NCBI GenBank assembly: GCA_051362555.1
Contig: CM120640.1
Location: forward strand, 22,740,225 to 22,804,224
Length of the DNA: 64,000 bases
Direction: 5' to 3'
From: Lingula anatina
Lineage: Eukaryota > Animalia > Brachiopoda
In this document: one piece after another, positions 24,058 to 37,817 of the stretch
How positions within the stretch are numbered: the first letter of the stretch is position 1
Layout: every line of letters begins with the position of its first letter
The notes under the pieces: generated by a model
Database searches by the model: none
The model's input: the letters and a program-made list of their open reading frames with translations, nothing else
What the model was told of the DNA's origin: nothing
Position numbers and translations under genes: made by a program

Positions 24058-27000
24058 ATGGCGTCTGAAATCTGGATACCATTGCGAACATATGCATGTT
24101 TCTCTCTTCTATTCCTGCACGCACAGACGGCGTCGGGAGCCGTGGCGAACATTCCAACCGTAGTCGGCCAAGACGTCACCCTCACATGTACCCTAGCCAT
24201 CACAAGTGGAAAGGTGATCTTTTGGGAAAAAGATGGCATTAAACTTTTCGCAGAGGATGTTAAATTGGTCACCGACACCGAAAATAAGTACTTTTTAGTA
24301 AGAGGACGGGTGTCGAGTGGAGATTTCGTGTATAAATTAACGATAGGGAACATTGTTGCAGAAGATGACGGGATTTACGCTTGTTATTACGCAGACGACA
24401 CGGCGAACAGACAAGAAACGCAGATTACCGTCTTAGGTAAGTTTAGAATGAAAGTCTTCCTCTGTCTTACAGCGAAAAGGTTGGGCCTATTCAGCTGGAT
24501 CTCCGTATTTTTATGTTGAGTTTACCAATGTTCATAAATGAAGAGACACCCGTTACACTTTTGATCATTTACAGATATAAGTTTTTAAAGTTAGGCTAAT
24601 TAAGGGCACTTTTCCTTGTTGATTTTTTCTGAAAGCATGCACGTTTCCACAGAATCACGAGCGTGTTAGATTTTTTTTTATCTCCGATAATTTTTTTTCG
24701 TTAGTGCGTCCCGATCCACCGGTTATCACCGGACCAGCTGGGGTCAATGAAGGCAGTCTATTGGACATAGAGTGCTCTTCGGATGGTAGTAAACCAGAAG
24801 CAGTTATAACCTGGTCTATGACAAGTAAGATGTCAGAACTTTGCTTGGTTATGTAGCTGTACAAAGTACCATTAACTTTGTGAAAACACCATATTTTTTT
24901 CAAAATTGTTTAAATACCCCCGATTTCTTTTCGCCGTAAGTAAACCAAACGTTCTTTCAAATCATTACATAGTGACGGAGCAAAACAGAAGAAGAGGCCA
25001 GGATTCCTACCTTGTCCAATACAAATTGATAGCCCTTTTTAATCATTTTCTGACAATTTTTTTTTACTTTGTATCCAGTGCTGAACGGTACGGTAACTGA
25101 CATGACTAGTTACGCCGTGGTTGTAACGGACACCAATAATGACGGAACGTTCTTGGTGAGGAGCAGGCTGCTGGTACCATCCACTTCCAGGGAAATGTAC
25201 AGAGCCGTTCTGTTCTGCGTTGTCTCCGTGCCGGCTTTACTGTATGAGGAGACTGAAACTTACAGTGTCAATATGAACGGTAAGCAAATCCAAACTATCA
25301 AATTTTAAAAGCAGCGTGGTTATCTTTTCTTGTTATTGGCAATTCTTCTTTATCATTTTTTAATTTCAATATTTTTAAAATTTTTATTTATTCATTTACT
25401 TTATTCTTGTGCGGGGATTAGATGGAGGGTTGCAGTCAGCAGGTTATTTTTTACTGCATTTGTCTAACACAAATGTTCTTGTTTCGCCATTTATTCATGT
25501 AATATAACTTTTCGACATATGTAATTGTAGAGAGAGTGGGCAATTTTTCCTTTGTAAGAAGATTTCTGTATGTCAGTAAATTTATTCCAGTCTCACCATT
25601 GCCACCAGTCATCAGGGGGGCTGAGAACGGTGTGGAAAATGGAACCACACTAATGTTTCATTGCTATGGTAACGCCGCCAGTCCACCTCCGACAGTAGAG
25701 TGGCACCATGACGGGGCTATCATGAACGGCCTTGTTACGTCTGTACAGAACGCTAACGGGACAACTAGCGTCAGTAACCTGATCTCCTTCACGGTGACAA
25801 CAGCAGACCAGGGTGAAGCGTACCTGTGTGTCGTGTACAATAATGTCAGCAGACAGCAGGGCCGACAGTTGGTAGATCTGCGAATTTTGGATGTGCTTTG
25901 TGAGTATAAAAGGTTTTAATGTGTTTCTTAGTAGAAAGATATTAACGGACAATATACATCTTTGGTTCGAAAAACCTTCCGTAATGATTGGTAAGAGAAA
26001 TTTACTCACTGCAATTGCATACCATAATATACTTTTTATTATGCCTTTCAAAATGTTCTTTTTAATTAAATGGAAGATGAGCCAACGGCATATCTATCTA
26101 GCGCCAGCAATTCTCTGGCTGAAGGACAGAATACCACTTTGACCTGCATGGCGGACGGCAATCCAACTCCGACTGTCACGTGGCTCCGTAATGACGTCAC
26201 AATTGACGTCAGTGATGGGCGATATTCACTTGCCAACGAGACAAACACGACGACTCTTCACATCAGTGAATTAAATAAGTGAGTTAGTTGCTAAGTGAAA
26301 ACTTTATTTTCATCGTATCATCATTGCCTAATTTTGAATTTATTTTACGTTTTAATTTTGCCAAAAAATGGTTTCCTCCAAATAGCATACTCAACTTTAA
26401 ACAGACTGCTTATGATGATCGTTTGTGAATACATGATCTGCAGTTAAAAGAAAAGTGTTTTTATTACAAATTCTTTTTCATATTTATATTAGTGTTGATG
26501 TCGGAGCGTACAGATGTCAGGTTAGCAACCAAATTGGAACTGCAGTCAGTAACAAAACCGTGTTGAATCTTTTACGTAAGTATTGAGAAATGGAAAATAC
26601 TTAAAATACTTAATACAGTAAATAAAGTTTGTGCGGCTAACTTAAAAAAACGCAATTTTTACCCTCATGAAAGCATATTAGTTCCATATTTGTTGTTGTT
26701 GTTATTTGTTCTTGTTGCTAAATCACATTGGAGTGATAGGGAAATGTGTCAAAATGTGCACGAATACGTTACTTCTCTCGGCAAGCAATACAAAAGGTTA
26801 CAATTTTGATGTCAACATTTTCAGACAGACCAGTTTGTCGGTCAGATCAACAACAACGTTTTGGTGTGAGTATTGGAGAAACCGTCACCATCAGCTGTCA
26901 CGTTGACGCTAACCCCAACAACAACGTGTCTTTCGTATGGAGAGACGCCAGCTTTGGCGGAACGGTGCTTAAACAGATGAAAGGCGTCGCTGTGATGAAT

Positions 27001-30000
27001 GACATGTATAAGGCACATGCTTCTATAAGCTATACAGTGAGGTAGGTACATGTGTGTGTGTGTGAGTTTCATTCAAACCTGACCTTTGATTAATTTATCT
27101 GATTTATTTTAGCAGCCTTGAGGTTTTTATCCTGTATTTGATTTGGCATACAAATCTTTGTGTATTTTAAACTCTTACATTATACTTGCAGGACATTGGC
27201 TGACTATAAAACTCTCTTCTGCAACGCATCCAACAGTATGGGAGGAATGAACATTCTTTGTCCATTTTTCATAGTGCAGCCAGGTAGGTGCCTTTAAATT
27301 AATATTTATAATTGTAATCATGGCAACTCTAGCAAAAGATAAGGACCCAATAAAAATCTAGAAATGTAGATAAATTATACGATTATATACAAATGATATG
27401 TTATAAAAGAAAGGTTACTTTGTTTTAGGGCCGCCAGACGCTGCGACTTACTGTCAAGTTTACGGTATCACCCAGTCGTCTCTAGTGGTTAACTGTTCGG
27501 CAGGCTATGACGGGGGCTCTCCTCAACATTTTCTCCTGCAGAAGCGCGTGGGACAAGGGTTTTCCACCATACAGAACAAAACGTTGCCCTATTTTGAAGT
27601 TAAAAACCTAGAGAGTGGACAATCACACGACTTCAAAGTGTGTGCCTCTAATCAGAAGTTCCTTAACACAATTGTGTGCACCGGTCAATTCTCCGCTAAC
27701 ACAATGGATGGGGGTAAGCCGGTGAATTAACCACACCTGTTAGAATTGACGGGTGTTCTTTCCACTTTTCACTCTCAGTTCCATTTATTTTCATGAGGTA
27801 TTGTACTGTTGATGAAATTATGAAATTATGAAAAGTGCTGAAAAAGCAGAAGGACGCATTTAGAAAATTTTATCGCATAAACAACAGGCCCTAAAAATCT
27901 TTATACCCTCCTTATTTCCAAATTAAAAATATTATAACATTAAAATAGAAGCTAATGATTATTACTTCAGCAATCTGAGGTCCTGTATTTACGTTAAGGA
28001 TCAGCTACTTTTCAAAGGAAAATGCATTTGACAACGTTGAAAAATATTTCATATAACGTCTATCATTTGAATTTAATGACAACTCCTAACGGATATTTTA
28101 CTTTTTTAATGTATCCTATATGGTTAATTCGCATAATAAGATGTTGTTTAAATATTTTAGATAACAAATCAGGTGAAGGCGAGGCACCAGTAACGGTTGC
28201 CACTGGAGCACAGACCGAAGATTTTATGTCGAAATACCTGCCTTATATTCTACTCGGCGTCGCCTGCTTTATACTACTGACAGTCCTTGTTTCCATAATA
28301 GCGTACTGCGCATGTAGGAAAAAGGTAAAAATTATTTGTGTCTACGTATTCAACTTGCGGCTTATGAAAGAAGAAAGATAAAGTAAGATTAGAATCTGTT
28401 CCTGTACGACAATATTATGGGAAAATGGTGATGAAGATGAAGTGAACGCACTTTTTGTCTGTATCTGTTTGACAGGTACATGTACATGTAATGTGGCTTT
28501 GGTCTTGATAAGTAATGTTTTTCACATTTTCATGTTCAGAAAAGCGCCGCCAGTTTTCCAACTGTAAAAATTGAAAAAGATGGAGAGAAAGGAGATGTTC
28601 AAAATACGGAGCTTATCCTCAAAGCTTCAAGTGGTAGTCCAGAGACGAAGATCAAAGGTTTAGACAATCTGGCTGCTGAGTATGACGAGGACGTCGAAAT
28701 GTACGAAAAGGCAATAGAAGAAATCGACGTTGCTATAACCTCACACGAAAACAAAAAGCCATTGACCACACAACAGAACAAGACGGACGAGAGCGGTAAG
28801 AATGATTGATTTTTGTTTCTGGTATTTTCAGATGACTGTGCTATACGATGCAACAGTAATTAATTTGAATGTAACGTGTGTCGTGAAAAATATCCCATCC
28901 CTTTTTAACTATTCTCTGATCAACTTGTGTCGAATATGACCTACGCAGTCTTAGTACACGAACATTCTTATCTGTTTTAGAACAATCTTTGTTTTACCCA
29001 AGGCATATTAACATTACAACACGTGTTTCTTTTCGAAAAATTCAATATCATAAGAGGAATTGTTTTCACCCATTATCCTGTAGACCTAGACTCAAGAGCT
29101 GATGGAAGGCGTGAAAGCATTGCACTCATGGTGGAAGAGACTGGAGGCCAGCGAGAATCATTATACGACATTTTGCCTAGTAGAAGGAATAGCGCTGCTG
29201 TCCACATTATACCGGAGATGACGCTGGTAAACATAGAAAACGAAAGCGAAACTAGTAAAAACGGTCCTAAAATCGACAATGCCGTGAGTCTGGCTGCTGC
29301 GGCCTGTATTGTGCAGGATCTGCTAAACAAAGAAATGCGAGATACCAGAAAAGATGAAAATGGCACAAAAAATGCCGCTGCGGAAGACTCGCTTCACTCA
29401 GAGAACAAAAAAGATGATTCAACCTCTTCAAACTCCACGTCGGATGATGACGGTGATGCAAACCTCACAAAACTTAGAGAGGACAAGGTCACTCCACTGA
29501 TCGAAGCACTTGTTGTTGGCACTGTTGTTGAAACATCTCAGCTCCAGGCGAAACGTCAAGACAGTAAAGGTAGCAGCAACGACGGTAGTGGCAACAGTGA
29601 TAACGGCAGCGACAGTGATGGAGAATCTGACAGTGACAATGAGCATGAAGGATCATACTCACTTATTAACGAGAATGACACAGTGGTCACTGAGGCGGCT
29701 ATCGACGCCCAGGAAGAGTCCAATGTACAAGGTGGGATGGGAACAGTCTTAGAGAAAACTTGTGACCAAATTGACGAAAAGGCCAAGAGTTCCGCTGACG
29801 ATGAACTAACTACTGATTCCGTGTCAGTACAGGACAATGGGCTTAAAAGTGAGGGACAGAAGCAAGAAATGGAAGTTCAGAGAACCCAGAAGTTGGAAAC
29901 AAGTACCAAAGTTATGATTAATAACCAACGATCAACATCAAACTCGGTGTCCAGTTTGGAATCACTTAAAACAGAAAGTGATTCTTCCTCCTCTTCTTCC

Positions 30001-30075
30001 TCTGAGGATGGAGACGGTATTCAGTACGACTTCAAACTAACGACGAAAATAAAAAAGGAGGCTGAAAAAGCATAA
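24058..30075 (+). CDS. Sidestep/nephrin-like Ig-superfamily type I membrane protein (signal peptide, 5 Ig, FN3, TM, long acidic tail), about 1099 aa
   Basis: Exons 24058-24436, 24705-24824, 25079-25279, 25591-25899, 26077-26278, 26493-26575, 26825-27041, 27192-27283, 27429-27713, 28161-28324, 28540-28795, 29084-30075, all phase-consistent. Ig C..W..D.G.Y.C motifs. PVC...Q..FGV..GE...I.C.VDANP and C..GYDGG.PQ.F.L are typical of the Sidestep/nephrin family. TM segment YILLGVACFILLTVLVSIIAYCAC. Confidence 0.88.
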
Positions 30076-31148
30076 GGGGAGGAAGAGACAAAAACTGGAT
30101 CCAGTGGCACAAATGCCACATGCTTGAACATCGAATCGTCTCTTTGATTATGTCGTCTTTCTGTCATTAAAATTTACACCCAGAACAGTAAAGTGGAGGT
30201 TTGGCATCATTAAGGCACACAGAAAAGACAAAAATGCTCATTTGCCCCGGATTAGATATCATGATAATTCAAATACTATATAAATTAATAATTCTGCATA
30301 GTTGGATTTCTTTCATAAAATGTTCATAGCGGTATTTCTGTAGTCCTATCACAAGGGTATAGTCCTGGTATAATTCCAATATAGCGTACATACATAAGAT
30401 ATTGTGTAACGTTGTTTCTCGATGAAAACATTTTTTACTCGTAGAAGAAAATATCTTTTTGTCCTTCTTAGAAAACAATATTATTCATATTTATAATATA
30501 TAAATAATATTATTTTTATTTCATGTTCGTATGATTTAATGTGGAATATTATTCATGATTAAAGTAGAGTTTCTTTCTCTTTAAAAATACACTTGCTTGT
30601 ATGACGTAGATAGCATCCCATAAAGGATAGGATAGTAGGCAGTGGTTAAAATTTCAGTCTCTCACACCACAGACACTAAAGCACACATAAAGGTGGAGGA
30701 AGGGTTCGAATTTCACCTACGTATATCAGTAGCTTTAATGAATGGAAAATAGGAAGTGACCAAGCCTACATCGTAAATTGGGTTATCAAGTGATAAAATT
30801 TTTAAAAATTATTCTAATACCCCATAAAAACACACACAAAAAATAGAAACGACATGTTACATACAAAATGTATTATTTTGGATCAGCAGTAATTCATTCT
30901 AATAATTCATTTAATTTTCTAAAAGGAATGACTGCCGCTCGTGATGTTTTAAGGTTTAACGACCCACGATTTCCTTTCATTAATTATCGCGAGGACAGCA
31001 ATCCTTTCAAGTTTATCTCAACTTGCTATATGTAATTCGCATACATCGAGTAACAAAAACCGAAGCAGTGTTTCTAATGGCTGTGCTTGTGTTCCTAGCT
31101 TTGAATTGACCATTTATCTCTCAAAATGCAGTTCTTACAGAGATAACT

Positions 31149-31755
31149 TCACCAATAAGCTATACGTGCAAAAATCAGCACCATTGAATGTAAAAGAAAA
31201 TAGGCAATCCTGCTCTGAGTTTGGTATGCAGATTTCACTCCAGTATTTGCGGAAGTTTGGGTTGAAACTTGCAACACAACCAGTGTTTGCCCTGTCACGC
31301 TCTCGGACACAGTGAAAGCTGGCGTGGAAGCTGACACAAATTGAAGATAGATTTTTCAGTTTTAATAATAAATATCCATTGGGCATTTATATTTATTCAA
31401 GATAAAAGAAACTTTTAAAATACATATCTTAAGCATAGTAACTGAGCACATGTAATTTAACGTTAATAACGCACCTCTATTTAATCAGTACGTTTTATGT
31501 ATATAGCTAATTGATTGATTAATTATCAACCATGAAATCATCTTAATTATTAAACAAACCGAGACACTATTTTGCACTTACTTTGGATGTTGACGGATGG
31601 GGTTGCTCTAGACGAGGTAGCCTGGGATGGTGAACCGGGGCGAGGTTTTTTAGGTCGCTTTGTTGGTGCCGGGGGTGGGGGGCATGTAGCGTTGTTAACG
31701 CTAGGACAGCTTCCATCTGGTGTCACACCTAGATACGATATCATGCGTTGAAGAG

Positions 31756-31790
<35 letters not shown>

Positions 31791-31969
31791 AGAAAGAGAG
31801 AGAGAGAAAGAGAGAGAGAGATAGAGAGAGCTTCCTATGAATTAAAATACTACCTTCCCCCTAAGATGGTAGCTATTGCATTGTCTACAGACATTGTGAA
31901 TTAAATATAATAATTTAAGTATTTTTAATGATAATCTTTAAATGGAAACTAAAAATGATAATATTATAA

Positions 31970-32029
<60 letters not shown>

Positions 32030-32885
32030 CATTTTTAGTTTTCCAAAAGTACTCTGAATACTTTAGCATCATTAAGAATATGAAAGATATTTTGTTTAAA
32101 TTTTCTTTTCATCACCAATGTAAAGCGTCTTTTTTTTCTATTGATGACCAACACTCCAAATAATTGATTTCACTTATGTGTATTTTAAAAATTATTCTGG
32201 AAATTAATGAGTCTGTTAGACAAGACCCATTGTGACAGTGTTCAACAATACCTCCTGGGTATAGGTTTCCGTTGCTTAAGCCACAGTGGGCGACGACGGC
32301 GTTAAGATCATCGCTCTCCGCGGCTACGGGAACAAAATCCCCTGGTTCTTTCAGAAATGCCGTAACATTTTTTCCGATATCAAATTTGGGCGTAAAACCA
32401 TCGATAGTTGGACCTTTAATATTGAAAAGAAATAAATGGTGAAAATTAAATGAAATGACCATGTTATCTATACTATCCTTTACTAAGTGGTATAATTTGT
32501 TGCACAGATGTTTCATAAATAAAACAAATCAAAATTGTAAGGGAGAAAAAAAGACAACAAAATTAACCAGTCTTACAGTTACACTTCTCTGAAGTCAATC
32601 TAGCATTCTTTCACTATTCCAGCAACAATTTTCCCCCAAACAGCTCTACTTACCTACATTTCGGAGCGTGATCTGTTGCTGCGTCAATGAGCCTTTAAAG
32701 ACACAGTAAACACGGAATTCAACAGAAAATAAATTTGTCCTATTTGTCGGAGTTTTGGTTAAGGGCACCCCATAAGCGATGAGTCCTGCCACTCTGACCG
32801 CACCGTCCAAATCGCTGTTTTGCGCCAAAGACAAGCAGATGTGAGAACCAACCAAAAGAGCAAGAAACAAGAGACAAGCGCCCAT
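31149..32885 (-). CDS. Secreted, probably GPI-anchored protein with an NtA/TIMP-like OB-fold domain and a Pro/Ser/Thr stalk, about 240 aa
   Basis: Exons 32885-32654, 32413-32252, 31728-31582, 31330-31149 (GT-AG, all introns phase 1). Signal peptide MGACLLFLALLVGSHICLSLA; V.F.VYCVFKG..I.L.NVG and GKN..AFL resemble NtA domains; a Cys-rich YPGG..CP..C segment; hydrophobic C-terminus IAYFLLHSMVLIFARIAYW. The domain identity is inferred. Confidence 0.75.
31758..32027. repeat. (GT)n(GA)n microsatellite (31758-31830) and (TA)n microsatellite (31974-32027)
   Basis: Visible runs within an intron. Confidence 0.9.
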
Positions 32886-34966
32886 GCTCCAGTTCAATGG
32901 TGATATCGCACTAAGTGGTGTTTTTATGTACACTGGTGAACCTTTAATTTTAAAGTGATGAAATTCCTAACATGCCCTATACCATGTAAGCTACTGGGTT
33001 ATCTTATTCGTAAACTTGAGTATTACTCAGAGATAACAAAGTTAGCGGACACCAAACGCATAGCCCTTGAATAAACGCGAAATATTCCAATTGCTTTATA
33101 TTTTAAGTACGTTATAGGGCATATAATAAGATATGGTGACAAAGTGAATATATATGTCTATACTACACAATTTCAAAATATAATGAGTTGTTATGTCTAT
33201 CTACGGTAAAAAAAATTAAAGCCTATATTAAATGAAAAAAATGAGAATTCGCCAGTATGCCCACATCAAAAAAAAAAAATAAAATAATAATAATAATAAA
33301 TTTAATAATAATAATAATAATAATAAATTAAATAAAACCCTGTTTTTTTATACACAGCAGTATGGATATCACCATTCTTTTCCAATTATACCAATTATAT
33401 ATCTTATTTTATAATAAGAAAGGTAGATCATCTCAAGGATAGGGCATAAACTTTTGAAAAACTCAGTGTTTGTTACCTAGTTGAGTCACCTAGTTGCCAA
33501 ACGTATGACCATGCGTGCAGTGAAGAACAAAACACGAGCTTAATCTTACAATCTTTGACCGATACAAGTTTCCAATACAGTCTATCCAAAGGTTAAAGGT
33601 GATTTATCTATTAATAGGTTATGTTTACTTGGAGGGTGTCTTAACAAGACTTTAAAAGAAAAGACGTGTAATTTACTGTATCACACAATAATCAAAATCT
33701 CGTTTAACTTTTTTCAGATTATTTCAGTGCCTAGTAAAAATAATCGAGCATCATTAATTCATCCAGGGATATTTGCATTTAAGTTATTGATTTAAATAAA
33801 TGACGAGATATGATTTCCTAGAATGCAGCTATATTAAACAAGAATTATGTAGAATAAAAGTCTCAGTAATCCGACTAAGTCTGCCTGAATATCAGTTCAA
33901 CCAGGGTTAATATATTATGCTGCACAAATGTGTCTGCGCTACTATCAGGACTATCAGGAGGGTAACGGTGATACTTCATTGCTAATGACAAACTTAATCT
34001 ACAGGCGTGATAAAGTAGCCCAAGTCTTTCAGAAAACGTGATAGCAAAGACAAACAGAACTTCTGCAAAAAGAAAGAATTTGATTTAGGGAAGCCTTTTC
34101 AAGTGGGCGAGGCTCACTTTTTATTATGATCACCGGTGGTTTCCCGGCGCTCTGTAGGATTGACTAGACCGTTCATACAGAACCCAAATGTTTGACAAGA
34201 CATCCGATTTATTAAACTTTGCCCAGCACCCACAAGTTTTCAAAACATTTTACAGCCCATGTTGGAATTAACGAGAGAAAGAAATAATCTAAATCACGTT
34301 GGCTGTACATATCCCTTTCAATTGTCGTTGATACGTCTGCAAACCTCTTATACATGTTCATAGAAATAAACAGTCAGCTTTTTTTTTCATTTGTTTGACG
34401 GACTTTTCGGGTAACTACCATAGGTGCCATGTAGTTTCCGATTGTGTAAAACCATGGCCCTGACTAAAAGTATGTCCACCTGAATCAAGGGGCAAACAAA
34501 CGATAAATAACATAAGTAACGCTTTGACAAACATAAAGTGGATTATTGTATAAATTTTCAAATACATAACATCTTTATTGCTGATCCCTGCAATAAAACC
34601 TGGTAAAAAGGTAAATTTAAAAACAATGTTTCTAAATCCACATTCAAAATCGTATAAGGCAAACTTCGCCTATTTTTTTAATGTTTGTCTCATTCGGTAA
34701 ATTTTGTATCTTTGGAATTCGATGAAAAAAGTCTTCTTCTGTCCACTGTAACAAAATCAGACGGATTATGACATCGTTTAATAGAATTTTGAATAACATG
34801 CATTAAATCTACACGTTAGTCACATTTATCGAGCATTAAAATGGAATGAAAGTGATGAAGTTTATCTTCACGCTGTTATTAATCACAGAAGTTTCAGTAG
34901 TTGTTTTGGCTGATCAGAAAACACTGCAGTGCCTACACAAGAGGAATTCTTCTCCAAAGATCATCT

Positions 34967-35473
34967 TTACAATATCGCACCATCAAAAGCAGTATTCACG
35001 TGAGTCGTTACAATTTCATTTTGAGCAGGCGGGTGCAAACCCTCGTTTAAAGACGGGTGTAACAAAATTGGCGTTTCGTGATTTTCAGTGACGTTTTCAC
35101 CAAACATGGCGTCGTATGTAGGGGGATACTGGTTCGAAGCTGGGTCTGGGTCCTCCTGGATCGACGCTTCCCGCGTTATTTCCCAATACGGAGGAGGTGG
35201 CGTGGTGTGGAAATGCGATTGTTGATCACAAGTACAACCACACTGACAACCACTTTCACACCTATCGCAATTTGTCGTGATGACGGCAACGTTGGTGTTC
35301 TGTGGAGTTACGCAGTCATTCTGTCCTCTACATCCTGAGCAAGATTGTCTCTTTTTCGCATAGGCTTTTCGCATTCGGTATACACAGTATAATCCTAGAC
35401 ATATAAAAAGTCCTAGCAAAGCGATACAGCACCCCACAGCAGTGAAAACTTTGCTCACAAAAACTTTATCCAT
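34967..35473 (-). CDS. Small single-pass membrane protein with PPxY motifs (WBP1/VOPP1/Shisa-like adaptor architecture), 168 aa
   Basis: Hydrophobic segment VFTAVGCCIALLGLFICLGLYCVY followed by basic RMRKAYAKKR, a Cys-rich juxtamembrane region, and PPPPY and PPTY motifs. The 5' end may be spliced. Confidence 0.7.
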   Translation of the reverse strand: MDKVFVSKVFTAVGCCIALLGLFICLGLYCVYRMRKAYAKKRQSCSGCRGQNDCVTPQNTNVAVITTNCDRCESGCQCGCTCDQQSHFHTTPPPPYWEITREASIQEDPDPASNQYPPTYDAMFGENVTENHETPILLHPSLNEGLHPPAQNEIVTTHVNTAFDGAIL

Positions 35474-37625
35474 TGGAACTTTTACGAATGTATAAGATGA
35501 CGGTGCTTCTGGATCCTTTCAGGTTTAATGATTTATAAATCTCCTGACATTACAATGGAAATATCTTGATTACATTGTTATCCAAGCGTAGATTCAATCA
35601 CGTTTCCTCTCCCTTTTATCCGCTGCGTTATTTGTAAAGGAGAAGGATCCCCGTCTCGCACAGTTTTCGGAGTTTTTCAGCAACAACAAAACACGGATTG
35701 TTTTAAAAGTGCCAATGATGTATTTTACAGGATGTCGCATTCACAGGCGTCCCGGACGAAAGGTTGTCTGAAAAACTCGGTCTATTCTCTTGTTTCGTGA
35801 TGATATTCAGATGACGAATGTTCTTCTAAGTATAATCTCCTTTTGAGTAGGTCCTACTATACTGTGTTCAGCTGTTTTAATGGCCTTGACCTGAAAACAG
35901 ATTTACATACATATAGTAAATAGGACGGCATGATTAATGATAAATATTTACAGCCTTAGGCTCTAGTAGACATTGGTATGTCGTTCTAAAGCAATGTCAA
36001 AGTCAGGTTGATAGGCCAAACAATTGAAATACATTGTAGTGCAAAACACCTTTGAAAATATACCACTACAAGCAGTAAGAACTTTTTCATAAAAAAAATA
36101 CATCGTCATTTTTAGTTTCTTCGTGACATTAAGATTCAGAGTTTTTGCCGATATAGATGGTTAATGCTCATGATTCAATAGGAGGGGAATAAAGTAGTCA
36201 ACAATCTTGTTTCTGATCGGTAATTATAATATTGGTTGGTAGATGCGCCTACGGTAGCCGACCGTAGACTCTCGGGGCTTTGCTGACTTTGGAGCTAATA
36301 AACATTATACTGTAACGTGATGGGCATATTTTGTTAGAGTGCCCTTTAGCCTAAATAAGGGCGTCACAAAGGGCATACCATAAGAAAATAACTTCAACGT
36401 CAATAAAAACAGGTCATTGTAGCAAGGACAAACAACTGGGATCTGGGCCACGGCACTGGTGCTTCGGTGTTATATTACTGATATAGGCTATATATATATA
36501 TATATATACAGTGTGAACACACCGATTGTGTGTGTGCGCGCGCGCGCATCATGGGACGCAAACACAAGCTGCCTTTATCTCTGGATTATTCATTAACAAA
36601 AGAAACGATACTGATCTGCGAAATTGTACCGATGATGAGCTAATTACAGTTAAATATTATAACTAAGTATACTCAAATAAGCCACATGAAAAGTTTTTAT
36701 CGTCACTTCAAATTAAATCAGTATAGGCTAAAATACCTTTACAACTGCCACTCTGTCACATACTCGGCGATTAAATAATCAATTTTGCATTCCAGTCCAA
36801 AATAGTTCAATCACCTCACTGTCACCAACATGTACTAGTAGTATTTGTCAAGCTAACCTGTCAGGATGAGGAGACCACTGGACTTGGCGTGGGAACACCA
36901 AGGATTTACCTGTTCTTGACACAAATCTCTGACAAATAAATGAACTATTCCGGACCTCTTGTTACCCAACACTCCTGACACCGGGACTCACTCCTTCGTT
37001 AGATATGGAAGTTGTGACTCCACGCATTAGTGGTCCACTAACTCTCCCCCGTGCTCAGATAGCCTCACCTTATGCTCCACTGATATTCACTCATCAGCAC
37101 TGATGCTAGGATCTATATATATAGGATATATAGGCCTACACGGCGTACTTATATAATATATAACCTGTATAACCTAACCTGAAGTAATTAACCATTACAG
37201 CATAGACCAGTGTGTTAAGCCTTATAATACAGCGTGATTTACGACGAGCTTGAGGCACTTTAACTACGTACGTCTCGTGCGTTAAGTAATATCACAAGTA
37301 TAGCTCCCCCCTCTCTCTTGTTTTGGATACAATGCCCCCTCTGTTGAAATCTATCAGCCCGATCTATCGGACACTGATATATTACAGAAGGTCAGCTTGA
37401 CCGTTTGCTTGGCAGCAGGCTTGACCCCTACTGGTATTTTGACCACAATGCAGTGACGTAAACCAGGTAACGTGACAAAATTAATTTCTTCTCAAATCTT
37501 GGACGACCTTTCAGAATCACCGAGGCAGCGTAGATCTAAACAACAACGCTGGGCATGCTTCGTGTATAGAGCGATCTCTCTAGGCGGCCTCGTTTTGGGC
37601 TCGCGCCATATTGGTAGACCGGAAA

Positions 37626-37817
37626 ATGGCGTCGAGCACGATTAACATGAGGAGAGTTAGGGTGAAAGATACGAAGACAAACGCCGTTTCAAATCAGGAA
37701 AACAACTTTCACAGTTATAAGTTAAGTCTACCTGCACCAGAAAGGAAGAGGTATGAGGACAAGTTGGGCATTATAGACGGTAAAGACCCATATGAAACTA
37801 CCACATGGTCAACAGAC
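37626..37817 (+). pseudogene. Truncated N-terminus of the ISL2EU accessory protein (normally SWIM/YqaJ-exonuclease/PHD), copy 1
   Basis: Y..SL...ERKRYEDKLGIIDGKDPYE...WSTD resembles the start of the second ORF of these elements as I recall it. Similarity stops abruptly at an AT-rich gctcaagaatttgaactgaatttt segment that recurs near 38182. Confidence 0.6.
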
